In this document: positions 50,678 through 63,900 of the stretch, piece by piece
Layout: every line of letters starts with the position of its first letter
Position numbering within the stretch: position 1 is the stretch's first letter
Source of the DNA: Bigelowiella natans CCMP2755
Taxonomy: Eukaryota; Protista; Cercozoa
Length of the DNA stretch: 64,000 nt
Assembly (NCBI GenBank): GCA_000320545.1
Contig: ADNK01000555.1
Span: 33,335-97,334, forward strand
Direction of reading: 5' to 3'
Position numbers and translations under genes: made by a program
Notes under the pieces: model-generated
What the model was told of the DNA's origin: nothing
Database searches by the model: none
What the model saw: the letters and a program-made list of their open reading frames with translations, nothing else

Positions 50678-51563
50678 CCTTCTCCGTGAGCTCATGATCG
50701 ACTTGTGACAGCAGACCCATGATATTCTTATCACGCTGCGCCTTATTCCACTGGCTTTCTGCGTGGCGGATAAGGTACACCTGAAGAAGTACACAAACAA
50801 TAACATTATGAGTAAGATGATATCGAGTACTCATACCATGCAACATCGACATTGGGAGTAACACTATATCGAGTACTCTTACTGTGCAATCGCTACCTTC
50901 TTCACAGGGCTGTAGGTTGTCACCCTCTCGAGCACAACGGTCCTTAGACCATATGGCGTGTCCGAAGAAGACGAAGCAAAATTCGCATCGCCTGAAGCGT
51001 ATTTATCACTCAGCTTGTGCATGCACAGACAGATATCACAGACGTATGCATTAGAGACAGATTAATGCATAGCAATAGGAAGATGCAGGAGGTTGATAAT
51101 TGAGACCTTTAGCTTCGGCTTCCGATCGCTGCATCTTTACCTGCAAAAATGCAATGAGAATACTAATTATGAAGCAGATTCCTCAGGTGGCCACTTTATC
51201 GCACAAACATGAATGTATGAAATCTCGATCTTATCGGCAAACACAACTCCCCTTTCTCTCTCACTCCCACACTCTTTCTCTTAACACTCACACAAGAAGA
51301 ACAACAACATTGCGTCGAGTGAGCTACCGCGACAAATTTCCCATCTCCAATCTCCCCCACAGATATTCTCCCGACAGCTGTTGGTTTTACATTACAAAAG
51401 GCATCAGAGGGAATCCATTCCAAAAACCAATCACCGCAGATGAATGTGGCTCAAGATTCAGCTTTATGGGTACACGTGCACTCATTATATGTTAGTTCTT
51501 ATGTGAATATTGTGTTCTTGGGGGCCATAACTTTTAATTAGAAAGTATCTGTCTCTCCTTCTT

Positions 51564-51609
<46 letters not shown>

Positions 51610-54324
51610 ACTTGTGACAGTCTCTCCGCCGTTACTTGGATACGCTGCCCGGGCCTCGATCTAATAGCATTGCAGGAATTATGTTTAACATGCACGAGGT
51701 GAGTAGATAATAAGAGGGGGAAGAGATAGTAGACGGATACTACGGATTATACTTGTAGTAGGAACGACGTGCTAATTATGTAAGATTTCGATTGTAAACT
51801 GAAATGTGCCAGAGCAGCATTTCGCCGGGAGAATATCAACGAACGCAATCTTCTTGAAGTATGCTCTCCTCCTCCTCCTCCTCTGATATGTGTCATTACC
51901 TCTATGCTACAATCTCCTAGTTTGCAGTTGTTGTCGGTGGAAGGGAAGAGATTCCTATGGAAAGAATCGATGAATAAGCTTAGAATAGGGAGCTGCACCG
52001 GCAAGGACGATACACTCACATATCCAAATCAAGTTGGGAGAAAGTATTTCCATCTGTTCCAACACTGAATATACGACGAAAAAGATCTTCTTTGTGCTAA
52101 TGGAGGCTCTCCACCCTTCCCCCCCCACTTTCTCCATGCTAGCTCTCTCATCCTTCTCATCTCCTGGCAGCTTTCATGCATTGAAAAGAGCAATTCATCG
52201 GCAACAACGCGGAAATAGCGAAACCTGTAAGCAGCCCAGGACACAACGACAGCCTGCGTACAACCACACAAAAGTGTATGAGTACCTTTTGAAAGGTGTT
52301 TATTCATGTAACGTGATAGAATCTGCAGAGCGAGGATTCTAGCTTATGCATGTGTATGTGCTAAAGTACATCGCATCTGATCTCAACCAATAAACGCAGC
52401 ATGCGCCCGCAGAAATTCGATTTACAGATGGGAGGGAGGGAGGGAGGGAGGGGGGGGGGGGGGGATACTACTTTTTTTTTTTCAGTCCATTCAACCCAAT
52501 CGCCTTTTGCCTTCGCACGGGATATTGTAGTGAGTTCCACAATCTCCATCCACACACAAAACACACATACATGCATACTGACACATACACAATTGGGTGA
52601 TATATATCTATTGTGAAGAAAAGGTTTGCCAGCAAGCACCGCTCTACTTACTCAAGCAGCACCTCTGATTTGAAGCCTCCTGCTCCTCTGCGCCAGCCGC
52701 TTATTCTTGCCCTTACTTTGGCCGAAACCATGCTATTAATACCCCCGCTACCTGTTGCGTTACTACTGCTGCTGCTACTGTGAAAGTGCGACACCGAACC
52801 ACTTTCGAAGATGTTGTGCTTGCTGTTGATAGTCCCCGAGGTGAGCAATGATCTGCATGTTCCGTGCTGACACACATAGCAATGAGGAAAGGAGGAGAAT
52901 ATGAGTGTGGATAAGATTGCCCATATTGTATTTATGCATACTATGCACAACCTTCTACTTTTCAACCGGTGAAAGCATCATATAAATTAAAACCAAAAAC
53001 ATTTCCAAAAACATAGGAGCGCAAACAAGCTTTCCCCTTTGACACGCGACCACTCTGGTCAGATCGCAGCAACAGAAATTAACATAACATGAGTCGCATA
53101 GCAAAAATACACATGATAACGTCGATAGATTTTGAAATTGTTTGGGAGGAGCACCAGCTTCTGCCACGCCTTCCTGGGTATGTTATCCTGCGAGCTCCGG
53201 ATGTGCCCTAGCATGTTCGGAAGATGCAAACTCGGAGTCGCGTACATGACCCGTAGCACCACCTAATATGAGATCATCAGCGAGCTGTATAAGATTGGCG
53301 ATGATAATGATGATACTCGCAGGAAGAGGAGAGAGGGCATACCCGATTTTCGATTTCTTTAGGATCTTCATCGGTTCGAATGGGTTCTGAATTCATCCCC
53401 AACATATTAGAATAGTTTGCTGTAGTTGTTGTTGTTATCGTAGTAGTAGTAGCAGTAGTAGCAGTAGTAGCAGTCGTAACAATGGTAATATAATGATGTC
53501 GCTATGAGTACGACGCATACCATACTAACTAGAGACGAAATTCGAATCCCCCCTTTTTCTAGACCTCTCCTTAGTTACATGAATATCACTACTACGACTA
53601 CTGCTGCTGCTACTGTTAGTAAGATGAACGCGTGAAAACAAACAGTACGGCACCAGAATCAGTGGAGCTGATGGAAGTCCTTCTAACATTGTGTAGCCTA
53701 AAAGTAGATAATAAGCAGAAAGAATAGAACACTTGAGAAAATTGCTTGCATGCGTGTTGGCGTGATCCGCCAAGCTCATGCAAGCGTTGTCTTCTGAATG
53801 CGATCACATCTGTTCTGTTTCATCGCCTACATTTATCCATCACGTGGCTATACGAGAATTGAGACAGACTTCAAATTCACTCACGTGGAAGTGTCGCGAT
53901 TGATCGTCTGAGCGATATTAAATGAGCTTTTCTGCAGGCGGGCCTGGCGCCTGGGACATTAATTAAGGACAAGACACAATACTCTGAGTAAGTACTTGCC
54001 ATAAAACTACCCTTGCAGCAAACATACCTTATCATCGCTTGCTTCTTCTTGAGCGAATGGGTTGAAGGGGTAGTTTCAAAGTCTATGGTCTCTTTTGCAC
54101 GCAATACTATGCCCTTCCCGTCGTTGGGACCTTTCCCCTTCTCTCCTCCCTCTGCTGGAGCTTTATGTGCCCTGAATCTTGCATCAGAATTGTACGAGCC
54201 CAGTGGCGATCTACCTCCATTACTCTCTTCGCTGTTCTCTTCTTCCACTATATCACTGAGAGTTCGGGAAGAAGCTACCATGTCGCCGACATCCCCAGCT
54301 TCTGTGGCTGTGTGAAAATACGGC

Positions 54325-54373
<49 letters not shown>

Positions 54374-54874
54374 TGGGTGTCGAATGATGATAGAATGAAT
54401 GCACCAACGATGAAAAGATTACAATCTCTCTCGTTGCACTACCTGTTGAATAACGAGGGGTTTGGACGCTTCCCGCCCCTGCACTATTCTCAAGCCGAGA
54501 TACCAATGGTGAAGGACCAGAGATCAGCGATGACTATTTTGCAACCAATAATGTGAGCTCCAGCAAAACGCAGTATAGTCTTATGTATATATGTATGATG
54601 ATAACAGCAAGGTAGAAGGCCAATCAACTCATTGAAATTAAGTTTACGTATTCGTTTTTCTCGTCAGTCTGTGTCTCCAGATCGAACGATATCGACGCCG
54701 CTGTAATGAGTATCAGCATATTAGTTTGTGCAGCTTCAAATACGCTTTATTGCTCTATCTACATGAGGTAGGATTGAATAAGCCTCAGTGGATGGATGGC
54801 TCCGTCATCAACTCAACGAGAAGTCACCTTTTTGATGATGCTTTCCGTACACGCGAACCCAATTTGAAACCTTT

Positions 54875-54918
<44 letters not shown>

Positions 54919-55864
54919 CATATTTATTACATATGTACTGTTGCCGCTCAAGCATATTTCGTATGCCCCCCCCCACCCTCAGCAACAACCAAGCCCCCCC
55001 CCCTGTCGCTTGCATTAAACTGATCCACACCGCTTGCTTGAGCGTTTTTTTAGGGTCTAGCTGGTCATGGATATCGAGTTGGGAGGACGTCTGTGCAGCC
55101 TGCTCGTGCGGGGGGGGGGGGGGGGTGAATCATAATTGTTGCTATTATCATCAAATCGAACGTAATTACTAGATAGATGGGGGGAGGGAGCAAGAGGGAG
55201 AGAGCTAAAAGAGAGCGCGTGTTGTACTGGTAATAAGTCGTCGTCATGCAATGAGATCCATGCCCCCCCTCCAAGGGATCTCGTTGCACAACAACAACCA
55301 ATCGCCACTGCTTCAAGGCACTCTGTTCGAAAGAATAGTTCTTATACTGATGGAAGATTGTGCTCCTACCCGAAGAGATAGCTTTGATACGAGCGAGTTG
55401 TAGATGCGAAACGCCTCGGAAAGGCGTGCGAGTCTATTTGCATTGGTGATATGAGCACATCATCACCATTCTCAGTACAAAAGCAGAACGTAGAGGAAAG
55501 AGAGGCATCGCTCCATGGTACCGTCGAATGTACGAAAAGATTAATATATGTGTGTATATATATATATATATAAATATCAATGATTTCTTGTAATATAAAA
55601 CTATGGCTCATAACGATATCCCCTCTTATGACCATAAAATGGAGAAGTCTGCTGCAAGGGGTGTTTTTAGTTTGACAGGCTTATGATTGCGACGAAATAC
55701 TCAGTCTTATCTTTAACTTTCCACCTCCCACAAACAACCTTTCAAGCTCGAGGTTCTCCATTGCATCGACTAGCTTGCCAAGCTTTTCGTTCTGCTCTCG
55801 TTCAAATAGCTGAAGTGTTATATGCAGTCAGGGAGGTAGGATGAAGGAGAGCTTAGTCTATTAC

Positions 55865-55935
<71 letters not shown>

Positions 55936-57922
55936 TCGAACATCAAGCGAGGAGTGCTACCTTGAATTTTCCTTCAATTTGCGCCAATCTAATTTTTCAT
56001 TTGGTGGGGAAAATAAACATCAAGAGCTTAGACAGGAATGAGCAAGGGAATCATAAGGAATGTACTCGTCAGGTTGGGTCTTATTATTAAGAAACTAACG
56101 ACTGAACGTCAGATTCATAGGAGATGACTGTTCTGTTGTGAATAATAAAATGTATGCATATATGTCCATTGTATGTATCCGTATGCTTCCTTGATATTGT
56201 AAATAAAAAGCAGCATTATCTTGACCTTCGTTGCGCCACCTCGAATTTATCGAGGGCCTTTTGGTACTTCTTTGGCGCATTATCTACGTCAATGGCCTCG
56301 ACTAGAAAATCATAGAAATCATAAAGGTCTTTCAATCATATTCAAGAGAGTAATAAACTAAATCTACACACTGATGTCACACACATCTTATTCAGATATT
56401 ATATGAGGGGGGGGGTGGGGGTGTAGGTAACAAAGGTACGGCACGAACTTATGTGTACAAATACTAAATACACAAATGGCAATACCAGCAACCCACAGCT
56501 TTGCAACGGCTTCTTTCTCCTTCCCTAATTTCCTCCTATAATCATCAACCCGACGTTATATATGCGAGCGTATCAATACAAACGTGGGCGGTTAAACTAC
56601 GTGTGCGCATGTCTTTGCTACCCATGCAAAACTACAATTTACACAACACAAACCCATTCTCCGACACATACAGATATGCACAGAGAAGGGGGGGCTAGGG
56701 GGCGGGTGGTACTGCTGGAACGACGTAGTACATAAACCATTGGGTACACATTTTCTTTAAAGGTTATTTGCAATGATTCCTTAACTGTTCTCCCGATGTG
56801 ATATCATTCGCGCTCTTGAGGTTCTTCTTCAGCTCAGAAAGCCTATCCTGGGCCAACTATATATCGAGGACACGCCGATTATATTCGTGGCCGCACAAAA
56901 TCATGGAATATTAGTGGGGAATCGGGGGGGGGGGCAGGTTATAGGGCACCTTATGCCATTCTGTAAGAGGTTTGGTCACTTTTGCCTCGATTTCGTGGTA
57001 GAAGACAGCCTGATCCCTAAGATTTGAATGAATTTCTATTTAGACATTTCACCTCCTCTTTCTTCTTCCACTCCTTGTCTTGATAATATGGATTCTTTTA
57101 AGACAACAAGAGGACAAACAACCTGGCGCGCTGGACGACCTCTTTCCTCACCGATACAAAGTAGCTTACAAAAGATGCCATCGAGTCTCTCTGAAGGTGG
57201 TGGTGGTGGTGGTGGTGGTGAAAACGATAATATCGATGAGATTATTACGACAGAAAGTATGCATATCATCGCTACGACATTGTTTCGAAAAAGATATCAA
57301 GATGCAACCCAATTTGATGTGTTTTCATTTGCTTTCGAGGCATGCGATGCGTAGGAGGACCGAACCTTCATGTTGGGCTCCTTTTCCATTTCGTGGTGGG
57401 TGATGAGGTCAATGTTGCGCAGAAGATTGCGATTTTGGTCAACGACCTGTTGCAACGAAAACGAGCATAAGAGCAGAGTATAAGGAGTAATTATAGGATG
57501 ACGTAGTTTCGAGAACAAGCAGAGAGTATTCGCAAGTAATGCGTTTCCATTTCCCCGTTGTCCCCCCCCTCCTATCTCAGCAGTACTCATACCTTCCCCA
57601 AATACATCGCTGTGCGCTTCGCAACGTATAAACCTAAGTAATAGAGAAAGTGACATGGGAGACACTACATATGGTGCATGGTATCCCCAAAATATCATGT
57701 GTTTATCTGTGTGTTAGCGTATGGGGAAGACAGTTGATATTAAAAGTGCAATTTTTTAGTTTTGAATGAAGACCATCACGTATACCTGCTTCAACCTGCC
57801 GAACAAGGAGCGGGATTTGGTGCATTAGCTTCCGGAATTCGGTACCTGAGCGCGTAATGGATAGTAATTAAGGTGTGACAATAGTTTAAAATACCTGCGC
57901 TTGTTTTGTGTTACTACGTGTG

Positions 57923-57954
<32 letters not shown>

Positions 57955-59000
57955 CGCCTGTGCCTATGGGTGTATATGATGTAACTACTTTTATGGCACT
58001 TTGATTGCGCGTATCGAAATTATGCTATTGCTGCATGGGTTTTTACAAATATGACAAAGAAATGTCATCATGGACGTACGAGGGGGGGCGGGGGGGAAGC
58101 CTGAAGGCGAGGGTGGCTGGTTCGCCCTCCCATTAGTATTCTTCTTCTTGTTGCCATCTTCGCTCTTCAGAAGTTGCGGTACAAGCATATTTGTACGCGG
58201 TAGAGACGACGAAAAGACGAAATTTGAAGGCGGTGGAGACTGTGAAAAGCTGAAGAAGATTTTTATGTAAAGAGGCAGACGATCAGACTATCAGCTGTCA
58301 TTAAGCATGGAGATAGGGGAATACTGACTTATTTTTAATTTCGTATTTTATTGACGTCGCAGCTTCACATAGAAGGTCATGTTACCTCTCCGTCTCATCG
58401 TCGCAAGGTTTTCCAGCTTGTCTGTAGGAATTATTCCACAGGGTGAACATACTATGCGGGGAGGGGGGAGGGTTCAATCTTCTCAAAAACTGACCTGGAA
58501 GGCAAGGAATTCTTTTCATTCTCGCGAATGGATTTCATAGAATTTGTCTCTACATTATCTGTTGTATCCTGTGGGATATTAGTGCCTATGGACTCGCGGA
58601 GACTTTGGATTTCGTTCTGTCGCACCGACCTTCTCACTGAAAACAATGAAGTAATATTTTTGAAAGGAAATACCATGAGGAGGTTGAAGTTGCCCGGAGA
58701 CATTGATGTCCGACTGTGTATGTATGATTTTTTTGGGTTCATAAACTAATTTCGGTACTTATCGACAGCAGTTATGGCCATTGGCCTTTCACCATCGCCA
58801 TTGACCCTGTGTAAATAAAAATAAAAAAGGAAATAAACAACGCTGGTTGAAATAACAGCGATGGAAACCAGGCCAGTTGGACGGCGTGCTCACCATCCCC
58901 CAACTAGATCTATGAACACAGCACCTACCTGTAGGAGTGCGTTTCGGAAGCTGTTACCAGTGCAATTGTTGGCTGCTTGTACCACTGTGAGCCTGCTGCT
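46157..59000 (-). CDS. Large multi-exon protein: coiled-coil, possible PH-like region, histidine phosphatase (PGAM-like) domain, C-terminal FYVE finger (start uncertain; the N-terminal part could be a separate gene)
   Basis: VYLIRHAESQWN (about 50745-50780), IFSSPL/RALQT (about 49770-49960), LLASVREKRNSG (about 48910-48950), IILVGHSHFFRELF (about 47692-47733). FYVE: [39 protein letters not shown] (about 46375-46492) and PVRVCDPCY, ending at TGA 46157-46159. Confidence 0.8.
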
Positions 59001-59386
59001 AAAAGCCGACAAATATATCAAAAATTTACACCAAGAATTTCTAAAGGAAGCGGTGAACTTCGCATTTCTGTTCTTCACAAATGCTACGGCCGGTTTTTCC
59101 TAGCTGTTCCCTGGCGAGTTCTGGGAGAGACTATCCCGCGGGTGGAGTCGCAATCCCGAATGTGAAGCCAATTTGGCCTAGCTCGCTACTCCACGGGGAT
59201 TTTCGCATGTATTGCAGTGGCCGGCATTTCGAGGGAGTATACCCCATCTTCCGTGTAGGAAGAATTAATTGGTAATTTCGGGGTGCGACAAAGGTTTTCC
59301 AATTATTTCATTTTTCTCTGTTGCAGGAACCTTTTCTCTTTCTTTACTTCTCGCCGCCCCTCTCTACACAGAGACACATCTTCGTC

Positions 59387-60433
59387 ATGCCCCCTCGCCT
59401 TTCCCTGCAATCGATTTTGGTACTGTAGAAGTGATTGCTGAAGAATGGTATATTTTTTGAGGTTAACACATGTTATCAGTTCCCATCGGCATGTGTTTTG
59501 ACGATCGTGGGTATGATCGCGCTCGGCACTGGTAGCAGCAATGTCGATGTGTCAGTTGGAGTGCAGTCGCGAAGCTTCGCAGCCCCATCGATGAGTGCAA
59601 TTTCCGGCCTTCGAGCAAGTAGAACTGCCCATCGTCCATATATGTTCGAGGTGGATAACAAACAGGAACGAGCAATGAAAAACTCCTTGGACAGGTGACG
59701 TAGTGTGATACACAGGCCTAACCCGATGCAGTTACCACAACATCAATAGTAGTTTACGTAAACTTGGATTTTTATGAAGGTCTGTCAAGGTAAATAACTT
59801 TTTGGAGGGCCTCTTCGGTGGCAACGCAGGCGGTGCAGGAGGCATTGATGCTCAGCCTATGGTACAAACTTCTTGGTTGTTTCTTCTCATACGCTTCGTA
59901 CTTCTGAGCAATCTTCCCTTCCCATCAAAATCTTCTGCTTCTATTTCATACAGATCTGTGTGGATTGCGGCTTTATCTATAAGAAGAAGAACCCGTCATT
60001 CGCAGAGCTTCCGAATTCGTACAAATGCCCTGCTTGTGGGGTGGGGAAGAATCGATTCAAAGTCTTCAAAGAGCAGTCGGACTACTACAAGTCAGTGAGT
60101 GTTAAAATGATTAAATTTCCTACGATAGCAGTGTGACTAAAGGGGTTATACACATACATATTAATTACGCAAAATATGTAATGTGGGTCTCACTGCTCAG
60201 CACTCTCGCCGCTGAAAAAGCAGCGAAGAGGGCGAAAGGCCCCGTAGCGAGGAGTTCCAAGCGCGCAGAGCTTGTACGAAAGCAACAAGAAATGCAACGC
60301 AAAAAAGACGGTAAGCTCCAGACAATCCCTACATATTCGATGTGTTACTATTTAACAATTTTAAGCTTGAGATGAGGTTGATTCGATTTTGTCAGAGCAA
60401 AAAGGCCGCGGTGGTGGTTGGTTCGGGAACTAA
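59387..60433 (+). CDS. Rubredoxin-domain protein with bipartite (signal + transit-like) leader, probably plastid-targeted
   Basis: MPPRLSLQSIL|FPSACVLTIVGMIALG followed by an S/R/A-rich segment. Rubredoxin core ICVDCGFIY...FAELPNSYKCPACGVGKNRF (59954-60058). Last exon ends GGWFGN* at 60431-60433. Confidence 0.87.
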
Positions 60434-60689
60434 TCGCCTCGGTAAATATTGCTGATGTATCGATGAAAAACTACAATCCTAGCTATATGAATCGTATCGT
60501 TGCATCGACTAGGCATACGTGACATTTGCGCAGGGGGGACCATCAAACGTCATGACGACGATGCAACATTTTCAACAAATGTTTGATTAGCACGATCCGA
60601 GTATCGCATGTACTCAATCACGCTGACGTACTTCTAGATGTAATTGTAGCTTAAGTTCTAGAATGATGAGCAGCTAGCATTGCATTACA

Positions 60690-60926
60690 TGGCAAATCAC
60701 AGTGTTGTGTGGGCCAGCATGTGGCCCTCTAGACCTTTCATGGCACATTCCATGTTAGCTAGTTAGCCCACTCATTGTGCACACGCATGAATGCAAGTGC
60801 AACGTGACAAGCCATCATGGCTGAATGTTTTTGGCAGCAAGCGCACACGTCAACATGCGTCTTGTCAGCTGCTGGCCATGATGCACCATCACGGCCGACT
60901 TGTCTGCGCGGCCAGCTCCAGAGCTC
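60690..60926. other. TpA-depleted flank of retrotransposon copy 2 (island 4)
   Basis: Four TA, all followed by G (2 CTAG, 2 TTAG). None in the last 160 bp before the LTR. Confidence 0.8.
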
Positions 60927-63900
60927 TGTAGCGCGTACCACTACGCGGGCACAAGTCACGTGCGACAACAAAGGGGTTGTCGCGGATATAGAATATAGAT
61001 AACGTAGATATTAATACAGCATAGGCACGTGGGTTCCGGCGGGACTCATGGCAGCACACCGGAAGTGTGCTGCCCCACGTGCGGCGGCATTCGCGAAAGC
61101 TTCGCGAATGATTACGCAGTGCACGATTTAATAAAAATATAATCTTTAATAAAAATAAACACAACTCTTCAAAAGGAAGCAAACGTGCCTTTCCCCCCCC
61201 CTGCCTACTTGTGCACGTAGCGCCTCGGCCTGTGAACACCTTACGCGCAACAACCTTTGGCTTCCACACACGGGAAACGATTTGACTAACAATGTCACAG
61301 CAGCTAGAAGAACAGCAGGACTTTGGCTCGCAGGCCGTGCAAGGGCACGAGCAGAAACAGGAAAGGAAGGGCGATACGGACGCTAAGGAAGGAGGAGGAA
61401 CACCTCCACAGGCACCGCCGGGACCAGCACCCGGGATTAAGAAAGCAGATGCAGCAGCAGAGGCACTGGAGAACTTCTACGAGGCGGACGACGAGGACGT
61501 GGCCGCCGAAAGCAAGAAGGTCGTAATGGCATTACGAGCCTTGCGACCCAGGGCGAGCAACTACGCCAAACTGAAAGTATCGATAGAATACAAGTATCAG
61601 ACACATGATGTTTGGGCAGCTATCATGCAGGACATCATGGATTACGAAGCAGACTTACCTCCAGAGTGGGCAGCTTTGTTTAGGAACGACGGGGGTCTGG
61701 GCGCCTCGCGGGGGACGACCCAGAGCACCGTCAAGCAGCAGCAGCCGGTACAGCGGAACACCCAGTTCATGTCTGTTAAAACAGCACCGGTTATGATAAC
61801 GAAATACAACGGGAAAAGAGGTGAGGCAAGGAGGTGGTGGAAGAACGCTAGGAGTATACTCTGCGACTTTACCCCTAACCCCACCGAAAACGACAAGCTC
61901 AAATGGCTAGCTATAATAAAGCAAGCCATGGACCTTTACGAGACAGGCAGGACCCGGATCAGGCAGCTAGAGAAAATACACACTACAGTTAGTGGGCTAC
62001 GAGACGTTGAGGCGATAATGAAGGCTTTTGTAAATGAACAGGATGCTAACTCCCTACCCCAGGCTATTAGAAAATACAGAGCAATGATGCAGCATGAGAG
62101 AGAACCTGTTAGAGACTTTGCCACGCGCTTCCAGGATATGATCGACGAACTACATGATTTTAATTACAACACAGGTGATGATCAGGCAAGGTTTGAAGAG
62201 TTCAAGTTAAAGATAAAGGAATCCACTTACGTTACGGAGAAAGGCTACACCACGATGGAGGCAGCAGTGCAGGCTATATCCCTACGCGAGCAGGAGCAGG
62301 ACCGCAAGTTTACCAGCCCTAAGGTACCTGGCATAGGAAACATTAACGCTATTAAGCCGCAGCGAGACTGGTACAAGGACAGGGAAGGTAACCGACGTTG
62401 CGGATACTGCTCACGTAAAGGGAAACACACCGCTAAAGACTGCAGAGACAGGAAAGAAGGACGACCCAGGATGACGATCAGGCAGCTCAACGAACACTAC
62501 GAGAAGTTAAAGAGAAAGAAAGGCAGAGGACAAGGATATAACAACAGCAAATGGCAAGGCAGCAACAACGGGAAGAACAATAAATATAAGAACAAAAAGC
62601 AGAACAGTATCAATGCTATACAGCAGCAGATAAACGGAATATTAGATCACCTTAAGCAGGCGCCGACGAAGACAGCAGTACCAGCAACGCAGGACCAAGA
62701 CAAGCCCATGACCCTAGACGACATAAAGAACTTAGGAGTATGCAACATTAATGACGAAGACGCTAACAGGACTATCAAAGTTGCTATGACCAAGGTTAAA
62801 GTTAAAGACAGCTACGGAGACTACAAGAAACTACCTGCCCTTTGGGATAGTGGCAGCATGCCGAAGTCCTTCATAAGCCTAAGCACAGTAAGAAGGTTAG
62901 GACTATTGGATCAAGTGACTAAGAAAGAACGTAAATATGCTCAAGCAGACGGAAGCTCTTCCATGAAGACCGTCGGTGAGCTAATGCTAAAGCTACAGAT
63001 ACCTGGCAGCGACGCGGAGACCCAAATCAAGACCCGAGTAGCCATGACTTTATCCATGGAACTACTCCTCGGACAGGATGCCCTAGAAAAATTAGGGGGG
63101 ATCATATCATTCTACAATCACAAGATATACTTTGCTAAGTTGCCAAAGAAGTCAGGCAGGACCATCAGCCAGAACATGATACGGCTTGACGAGTGGACCT
63201 CTGAGTCAAGCGTTAATGCGTTAGAGTTTATGGACCTAGCGGACAACAAGCTACCTACACCTACCGAGCTACGGAAGAAGAACCCCGGCAAGACCATCCG
63301 ACAGATAACGGAGCTACTGGACAAGACCCCCCCAGCTGATGATTGGGATATCGACAAAGGCAAAAAGTACATTAATAAAATATTAAACGAGAAGTACTCT
63401 GACATCACCAAGCCGACGACGAAGCCCTCCAGCAAGCTTACCCCAGTAAAGATCGAGCTAAAGAAGGGATACGAAGAGTGCATCATCAATGACCCAGAAC
63501 ATAGGCGACCGGAAGCGGACTGGGAAAAGATAGAGTGGCAGATCAATGAATGGGCAAAGGAAGGGAAGATAGAGCCAAGCAACTCACCATGGAACGTGAG
63601 ACATGTGCTAGCTAAGAAACCTACTTACCCTTTCTTCCGCCTGGCGCACAACTTCATCCGCCACAACCGAGTAATAAAGAGGATCCAGACACCTACACCA
63701 AGGATAGATGACGTTATTGAACACGTCATAGGATACAAATACTACTCTTCCCTAGATAAAAATGAATCATACATGCAGACACCCATCCACAAAACCTCCC
63801 GCCCCATTACCGCGTTCTCCAGCAGGCACAGGAAGTGGCACTTCGTCGTATTCCCTTACGGCCTAAGCATATCAGGGGATGCGTTCAGTAGTCAGAACTA

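Larger units (their letters stand above)
3813..57957. repeat. Dense intronic microsatellites: (TA)n, (CA/TG)n, (GA/TC)n, (GAT)n, (TAG)n, (CAG)n, (CTT/GTT)n, poly-C/G
   Basis: Examples: 4167-4248 (TA)n then (TG)n; 9433-9501 (TAA)n(TGA)n; 10830-10890 (TAG)n; 30720-30820 (CTT/GTT)n; 32505-32610 (GAT)n. The span given is the overall range, not one repeat. Confidence 0.95.
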
